Positions 5,311 through 10,063 of a stretch of 10,063 nucleotides of DNA are shown here, piece by piece. The notes under the pieces are model-generated. The model had not been told where the DNA came from. It made no database searches and saw only the letters and a list, made by a program, of their open reading frames with translations. Each line of letters starts with the position of its first letter. Position 1 is the first letter of the stretch. Position numbers and translations under genes: made by a program. This DNA is from Gemmatimonadales bacterium (GTDB lineage: Bacteria; Gemmatimonadota; Gemmatimonadetes; Gemmatimonadales; GWC2-71-9), in the NCBI GenBank assembly GCA_038321865.1, contig JBBQFH010000058.1, positions 1-10,063 on the forward strand, in the 5' to 3' direction.

Positions 5311-8021
5311 TGCCTGATGAGCTGGAACGCCGGCGGGCGGAAGTCGCCGCATCCGAAGACCTGCAGGCGCTTCTCGCGCGGCTGACGGCACGTGCCGCCC
5401 CGCTCATAGAGCAGATGCCGATCATTCCGGCGGTGAAGGCGCTGCTTTCGTCGGATGGCGGGGTGTGCCCGGAGGACGGCACCACGCTCGCGTTCGATCC
5501 CTGGAGTCCGGATCGGCACCGGTGCCCGCGCTGCGGCAAGGAGTGGACCGGGGAGCGGCATCATCGTCACTGGGCCAAGTGGCAGCACCTCTGGCTGGCG
5601 GAACGCGCCGCCCATCTGGCGGCGCTGGCGGCCCTTGCCGGCGACGCACCTGCCGGCGTCCGCGCGAGCCAGATTCTTCGGTTCTACGGCGAGCGTTATC
5701 TCGACTACCCCAATCGCGACAACGTCCTGGGCCCCGCGCGGCTCTTCTTTTCGACCTATCTCGAGTCGGTCTGGGTCACCAACTACATCGCGGCGGCGCA
5801 GCTGCTCCGCTCCGCCGGCGCACTCGACGATGCGACGGTCGAGCTCGTCTCATCGGTGGCGGACGAGGCGGCGAATCTCATCGGCGAGTTCGATGAAGGG
5901 CTGTCCAACCGGCAGACCTGGCACCACGCGGCCCTCCTCGCGATCGCCGTCTGGTTCGAGGACGAAGATCTCGCGAGGCGGGCGCTCGAGAGCGAGACCG
6001 GTCTGGCGACCCACCTGACGCACGGGTTCGGCTCCGACGGGATGTGGTACGAAGGCGAGAATTACCACCTTTTCGCGCTGCAGGGCCTGATCACCGGGAT
6101 CGCGTGGGCCCGGGCGGCCGGTGTCGACCTCATGGCGGATCCCGAGCTGGCATCGCGGTTTCACGCCGCCCTCCGGGCACCCACGGTGAGCGCGCTTCCA
6201 GATTTCTCCTACCCGGCCCGCAAGGATTCGCGGTTCGGCATCTCGCTCGCGCAGCCGATGTACCTGGAGTCGTGGGAGACCGGTCTCGGCCTCCTCGGCG
6301 ACACCGGCGAAGACCTGCGCGAGCTGCGCGACTGGCTCGCGGCGTTGTACGCGCGCCCGGCACCGCCGGCAGCGACCCTCGAGTCGTGGCTGCACGAGGC
6401 AGGCGAGCCGGCCCCGGCAACGCGCGGACGGGAAGATCTCGCCTGGCCCTCGCTCATCTCGATGCTGCCCTCGCCCGGCGGATCCGCCGACGAGTGGCAT
6501 CCGGCCAGCGAACTCCTCGAGTCCCAGGGCCTTGCCGTGCTCCGGGACGGTCAGCGCCATGTCGGGCTCGAGTGCGGGGGGGTCGGCGGCGGTCACGGAC
6601 ATCCCGACCGCCTCAACCTCACGGTGCACGCGAACGGGATCTACTGGCTGCCTGACCTCGGCACCGGCTCCTACGTCTCCCCGGATCTGTTCTGGTACCG
6701 GTCCACACTGGCCCACAACGCCCCGAGGCTCGATGGCCGTTCCCAGCCCTTTGAGGACGCGGTGTGCGACGCATTCGACGTTGCCGGCGATTGGAGCTGG
6801 GTGCGGGGACGCTTCGGCGAGTTGTCACGCACCGTCGTGGCCGGCCCCGGATACCTGCTCGATCTCATCGAGCTCGACGCTGCCGAGGAGCGTGTCCTCG
6901 AACTGCCGTGGCACTTCATGGGCTCGGCGGAAGCTGACGGCCCGGGCACCTGGGCACCGGCGACACTGTCCGACGCCTTCGCCCACGACGCGATGCGGCT
7001 CGATCGATCCGAGGCGGTTACGGTGTTGCGCGTGCGTGCCGGGGAGTCGCAGCTCTCGGCCTTCCTCGCATTCGATGGCGAGCTCCTGCGTGCGGCGGCG
7101 CCGGGCGCTCCCGGCGCCGCGGCAGACGTGCCGTTTTACCTGCAGCGCGTTACCGGCCGGAGCGCGATGCTCGTCGCGGTACTGGACACCTCGGGAGACG
7201 GATCCGCCGTGTCGGCCCTCCGCGTCACCGGGCACGTCATCGAGGTGGACACGCCGGCGGGGACCGACAGTCACGCCGGGTCGAGCGACGGGTGGACCAT
7301 TGATCGTGGGGGCACCCGGCTGCGTCTGGGCGGGCGCCGCGTGCAGCCGGTGCGATTCCAGCCACTCCTCACCCCCCGCGCCGAGCCGCCGAGGGGGGTA
7401 GCGAGCATGGCGCTGGAAGCTCCTGCGCTCGACGGATCACTCGACGGATGGGACGACGCAGAGCCGCTCCTGCTCGACCACGACGACCAGTACCGGCGGA
7501 GCGAGGAGCCGTACGCCGGCCCCGAGGAGTTCGCCGCCACCGCGTGGGTCAACTGGGACATGGATCGACTGTACGTCGCCGTCGAGGTGGCGAAGGCCGA
7601 ACCGTGGTTCCGCCCGCCGGGCTCCCAGCCGCTTCGCCTCGACAACGAACCGGACGACATCCATTCGGACGGCATCCAGATCTACTTTCGCGGCAGCGGG
7701 GCGACGCCGGTGGGCCTCCTCATCGTATCCGAGCCCGGCGGCTCCATCCGCTCGCGCAGCGTGGCCGGGACCGCGCCGGGCACTGCGAGCGGCGGATGGG
7801 AACCGACGGACACCGGTTACCGCATTACCGTGGCGCTCGCCTCGCCCGACTGGTCTCCAGCTGTCGGAGACATTCTCGACTTCGACCTGATCGTGAACGA
7901 GATGCACGACGGCCGTGAGCGGCGGGCGGGCCAGCTGGTCTGGAGTGGCGGAGGCGGCTGGGTGTGGCTCCGGGGCGACCGGCAGGATCCCGCGCGGTTC
8001 GGCGAGCTGGATCTGCGATGA
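5304..8021 (+). CDS. Heparinase II/III-like protein (oligosaccharide lyase-like fold) with N-terminal Cys cluster and C-terminal CBM9/DOMON-like domain, ~905 aa
   Basis: DGMWYEGENYHLF in the helical domain, then GGGHGHPDRL, PDLGTGSY and RSTLAHNAP from the heparinase II/III beta domain. The C-terminus carries APALDGSLDGW...VNWDMDRLYVAVEV...DGIQIYF...FDLIVNE. Start is either GTG 5304 (GGAG at 5293-5296) or ATG 5310 (TGATG overlap). No signal peptide is evident. Confidence 0.82.
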   Translation: MLMPDELERRRAEVAASEDLQALLARLTARAAPLIEQMPIIPAVKALLSSDGGVCPEDGTTLAFDPWSPDRHRCPRCGKEWTGERHHRHWAKWQHLWLAERAAHLAALAALAGDAPAGVRASQILRFYGERYLDYPNRDNVLGPARLFFSTYLESVWVTNYIAAAQLLRSAGALDDATVELVSSVADEAANLIGEFDEGLSNRQTWHHAALLAIAVWFEDEDLARRALESETGLATHLTHGFGSDGMWYEGENYHLFALQGLITGIAWARAAGVDLMADPELASRFHAALRAPTVSALPDFSYPARKDSRFGISLAQPMYLESWETGLGLLGDTGEDLRELRDWLAALYARPAPPAATLESWLHEAGEPAPATRGREDLAWPSLISMLPSPGGSADEWHPASELLESQGLAVLRDGQRHVGLECGGVGGGHGHPDRLNLTVHANGIYWLPDLGTGSYVSPDLFWYRSTLAHNAPRLDGRSQPFEDAVCDAFDVAGDWSWVRGRFGELSRTVVAGPGYLLDLIELDAAEERVLELPWHFMGSAEADGPGTWAPATLSDAFAHDAMRLDRSEAVTVLRVRAGESQLSAFLAFDGELLRAAAPGAPGAAADVPFYLQRVTGRSAMLVAVLDTSGDGSAVSALRVTGHVIEVDTPAGTDSHAGSSDGWTIDRGGTRLRLGGRRVQPVRFQPLLTPRAEPPRGVASMALEAPALDGSLDGWDDAEPLLLDHDDQYRRSEEPYAGPEEFAATAWVNWDMDRLYVAVEVAKAEPWFRPPGSQPLRLDNEPDDIHSDGIQIYFRGSGATPVGLLIVSEPGGSIRSRSVAGTAPGTASGGWEPTDTGYRITVALASPDWSPAVGDILDFDLIVNEMHDGRERRAGQLVWSGGGGWVWLRGDRQDPARFGELDLR

Positions 8022-9214
8022 CCGGACGAATTCCCGGATTCACGTCGACCGGCAGCAAGCGGCCCGAGGCGCTGTTCGGGAGCGCTGCCGCCGATGGCCT
8101 GCCCCTGCGGATGACCGGCTCCAGCGGGTGCCGTGTCCGCGACGAGACCGGCCGCGAATACACCGATTACATCATGGCGCTCGGGGCGGTCGCGCTGGGT
8201 TATGCCCATCCCGCGGTCACCGCGGCGGCACAGGACGCGGTGGCAGGCGGCGTGGTCGGGCCGCTGTCTCCGGTCATCGAGGAGGAGCTGGCCGAGGAGA
8301 TCGCCCGCCTGATGCCGTGGATCGAGTCGGCGCGCTTCCTGAAGACGGGGGCGGAAGGAATGGCCGCCGCCGTTCGGCTCGCGCGCGCGCACACCGGGCG
8401 CGACGCTGTCCTCGCCTGCGGCTACCACGGCTGGCTTGACTGGTCGCAGATGCCCGATGTCAGCGGTGTACCCGACGGCGCGGCGGTCAGCGGAATGCTG
8501 CCGTTCAATGACGTCGAGCGCGGGCGGGCCATGATTCGCGCGGCTGGAGACGGGCTGGCCGCGGTGGCCTTCGAGCCCATCGTCGTCGAGGAGCCGTCAG
8601 TCGAATGGCTGCTGATGCTGCGGCAGGAGACGCGCCACATCGGCGCGATGCTGATCGTGGACGAGGTCAAGACGGTCTGCCGGGTGGCCGTCGGCGGCGC
8701 GACGGAAAAATATCGGCTGGAGCCCGACCTGGTCGTCCTCGGCAAGGCAATCGCCAACGGCTTTCCGCTGGCGGTGGTCGGCGGGCGCCGCGACGTGATG
8801 GAGGAAGTACGCCATACCTGGATTTCCTCCACGCTGGCGACCGAGTTCGTGTCGCTGGCCGCGGCCCGGGCCACGCTGGGCGTGATGGTGCGGGAGCGGG
8901 TGCCGGACCATCTCGCTCGCGTCGGCGCCCGCCTGCGGACGGGGCTGGTGGAGCTCTACGACCGCCATCCGGGCCTGATCCGCGCCGTCGGCGGCGTGCC
9001 GCAGATGTGTTTCCTCGACTGGGTGGACGAGCCCACCTCGTGCGCGGTCGCGCGCGGCGCCGCCCGGGCCGGTGTGCTGTTCAAGCGGGGCCCCTGCAAT
9101 TTCGTGTCGCTGGCGCACGACGAGCGCACCATCGACGCCACGCTCGCCGTGCTCGCCGAGGTGCTCAGCGGCCTGGACCGAGCGCGCCGCCCGGCAGCCG
9201 CTCCCGGTCGATGA
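8018..9214 (+). CDS. Class-III PLP-dependent aminotransferase, glutamate-1-semialdehyde aminomutase-like but probably not HemL, 398 aa
   Basis: Contains GREYTDY...LGYAHP, RFLKTGAEG...AVRLARAHTGR, GYHGWLDW, LIVDEVKT, the PLP-lysine motif PDLVVLGKAIANGFPL, and ISST. The ATG at 8018 overlaps the upstream TGA (ATGA). Confidence 0.9.
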   Translation: MTGRIPGFTSTGSKRPEALFGSAAADGLPLRMTGSSGCRVRDETGREYTDYIMALGAVALGYAHPAVTAAAQDAVAGGVVGPLSPVIEEELAEEIARLMPWIESARFLKTGAEGMAAAVRLARAHTGRDAVLACGYHGWLDWSQMPDVSGVPDGAAVSGMLPFNDVERGRAMIRAAGDGLAAVAFEPIVVEEPSVEWLLMLRQETRHIGAMLIVDEVKTVCRVAVGGATEKYRLEPDLVVLGKAIANGFPLAVVGGRRDVMEEVRHTWISSTLATEFVSLAAARATLGVMVRERVPDHLARVGARLRTGLVELYDRHPGLIRAVGGVPQMCFLDWVDEPTSCAVARGAARAGVLFKRGPCNFVSLAHDERTIDATLAVLAEVLSGLDRARRPAAAPGR

Positions 9215-9716
9215 ACTGGCCCCGCACGTGGGCCACGGCGTCGACGGCGACCCGCAGGCCGGGGGCGGGCAGGGCAGACACTCCGATGAGCGTGAGTGCC
9301 GGGGCCCGCCCCGGTGGGGTGAAGGCGACGAGGGCGTCACGCACCACGGTGTAATCGTCGGGCTTGTAATCCACCACGTAGACCGTGACGTGGACGACGT
9401 CGGCCGGAAGGGCGCGCGCCGCCTGAAGGACCGTCGCAAGATTGACCAGCGCCTGCCGCAGCTGATTCCGCAAATCATTGCCGCCGACCAGGCGGCCGGC
9501 GCTGTCCAGCGCAACCTGTCCCGAAACGTACAGATTCACGCCGGCACGCACCGCCTGGCTGAATCCATCCAGCGACTGTACGCTCGGCGCGTTGACGTGC
9601 TCCGCATCCTGCAGATCGGGCGGAGGTCCGCCCATCCCCGTCCGGGACCCTGTTGGAGCGCATGCGGCTGCCAGGGTGATCAACAGCGTCGTGCCGTAGC
9701 GCAGTCCTGCCGTCAT
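9165..9716 (-). CDS. Rid (YjgF/YER057c/UK114) family protein with a predicted lipoprotein signal peptide, 183 aa
   Basis: Contains FSQAVRAGVNLYVSGQVALD, QLRQALVNLATVL, DVVHVTVYVVD and PALTLIGVSALP...VAVDAVA. The N-terminus MTAGLRYGTTLLITLAAA-C has a lipobox. A strong Shine-Dalgarno motif GAGGAG lies 5 nt upstream of the ATG. Confidence 0.87.
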   Translation of the reverse strand: MTAGLRYGTTLLITLAAACAPTGSRTGMGGPPPDLQDAEHVNAPSVQSLDGFSQAVRAGVNLYVSGQVALDSAGRLVGGNDLRNQLRQALVNLATVLQAARALPADVVHVTVYVVDYKPDDYTVVRDALVAFTPPGRAPALTLIGVSALPAPGLRVAVDAVAHVRGQFIDRERLPGGALGPGR

Positions 9717-9721
9717 TGCTG

Positions 9722-9727
9722 CTCCTC
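9722..9727 (-). promoter_or_regulatory. Shine-Dalgarno sequence (GAGGAG) of the Rid-family gene
   Basis: The minus strand reads GAGGAG-cagca-ATG(9716). Confidence 0.7.
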
Positions 9728-9755
9728 GAGTTGAATCGTTGCCTGCGCCGCCGGC

Positions 9756-9784
9756 TCGACTTCTCGCCGGGGCCGCCTCATCTT
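9756..9784 (+). promoter_or_regulatory. Putative promoter (-35 TCGACT, 17 nt, -10 CATCTT) for a leaderless amidohydrolase transcript
   Basis: TCGACT at 9756-9761, a 17-nt spacer, CATCTT at 9779-9784, 6 nt, then the GTG start at 9791 with no Shine-Dalgarno motif. Confidence 0.42.
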
Positions 9785-9790
9785 GCAGAC

Positions 9791-10063
9791 GTGCTGATCG
9801 ATATCCACGCGCACTTCCTCCACGATCGTGGCCCCCGCGCCGACTGGCGCGAGCGGAACGCCAGCCGCCTTCGCGCGGGCGAACGCGTCGGGATCACCTT
9901 TCACGTCGGCTCGGTGCTGGGAAGCTGGGGATCCACGTCCCCGGTCTACTTCCCCTCACCCCGAGACCTGGATCACGCGAACGAAGTGCAGCGCGGCCTG
10001 CAACGCGCCCACCCCGACCGTATCCGCGGGTACGTCACCGTCAACCCGAACTATACAACGCAC
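9791..10063 (+). CDS. Amidohydrolase-family (Amidohydro_2-like) metal-dependent hydrolase, 3'-truncated by the window edge
   Basis: My manual translation (not in the ORF track) is MLIDIHAHFLHDRGPRADWRERNASRLRAGERVGITFHVGSVLGSWGSTSPVYFPSPRDLDHANEVQRGLQRAHPDRIRGYVTVNPNYTTH. It has the N-terminal IDxHxH metal motif and the N...HPDRIRGYVTVNP pattern typical of the family. 91 codons with no stop. Confidence 0.88.
   Translation, partial: MLIDIHAHFLHDRGPRADWRERNASRLRAGERVGITFHVGSVLGSWGSTSPVYFPSPRDLDHANEVQRGLQRAHPDRIRGYVTVNPNYTTH

Noticed and set aside
4291..9716. Assigning the symbols hddA, hemL or ridA
   Set aside because: Diagnostic residues and gene context differ from the characterised enzymes, so only family-level calls are justified.
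23..9734. Many long overlapping or antisense ORFs (e.g. 23-826, 838-1914, 2843-4024, 4189-5079, 5850-6716, 8597-9514, 9072-9734)
   Set aside because: These are expected shadow ORFs in very GC-rich DNA. They have no family motifs, and each overlaps a well-supported gene.
9713..9904. 63-aa minus-strand ORF that overlaps the Rid start (ATGA)
   Set aside because: Most of it is antisense to the clearly recognisable amidohydrolase starting at 9791, it has no recognisable motif, and the Rid gene has its own Shine-Dalgarno motif.
1..10063. CRISPR arrays, tRNA/rRNA, insertion sequences, prophage or defence genes
   Set aside because: I saw no spaced repeats, RNA-gene signatures, transposase or integrase motifs, or obvious compositional shift. 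Intergenic gaps are at most 74 nt.

Overview
GC-rich (roughly 70% by eye), densely coding bacterial DNA. I found no RNA genes, CRISPR arrays or mobile elements. Gene order: a 5'-truncated HGSNAT/NagX-like membrane acyltransferase (+); DppC- and DppB-like ABC permeases (-); a 71-nt divergent intergenic region; then four overlapping genes (+) encoding a family-5 solute-binding lipoprotein, an HddA/fucokinase-like GHMP sugar kinase, a ~905-aa heparinase II/III-like protein (N-terminal Cys cluster, C-terminal CBM9/DOMON-like domain) and a HemL-like class-III aminotransferase. These are followed by a convergent Rid-family protein with a lipoprotein signal and no catalytic Arg (-), and a 3'-truncated amidohydrolase (+, from 9791) that the ORF track missed. 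The most interesting reading, which is inference, is an uncharacterised uptake and processing pathway for an amino-sugar or acidic oligosaccharide/glycoconjugate. All family calls come from recognising motifs by eye, not from database searches.
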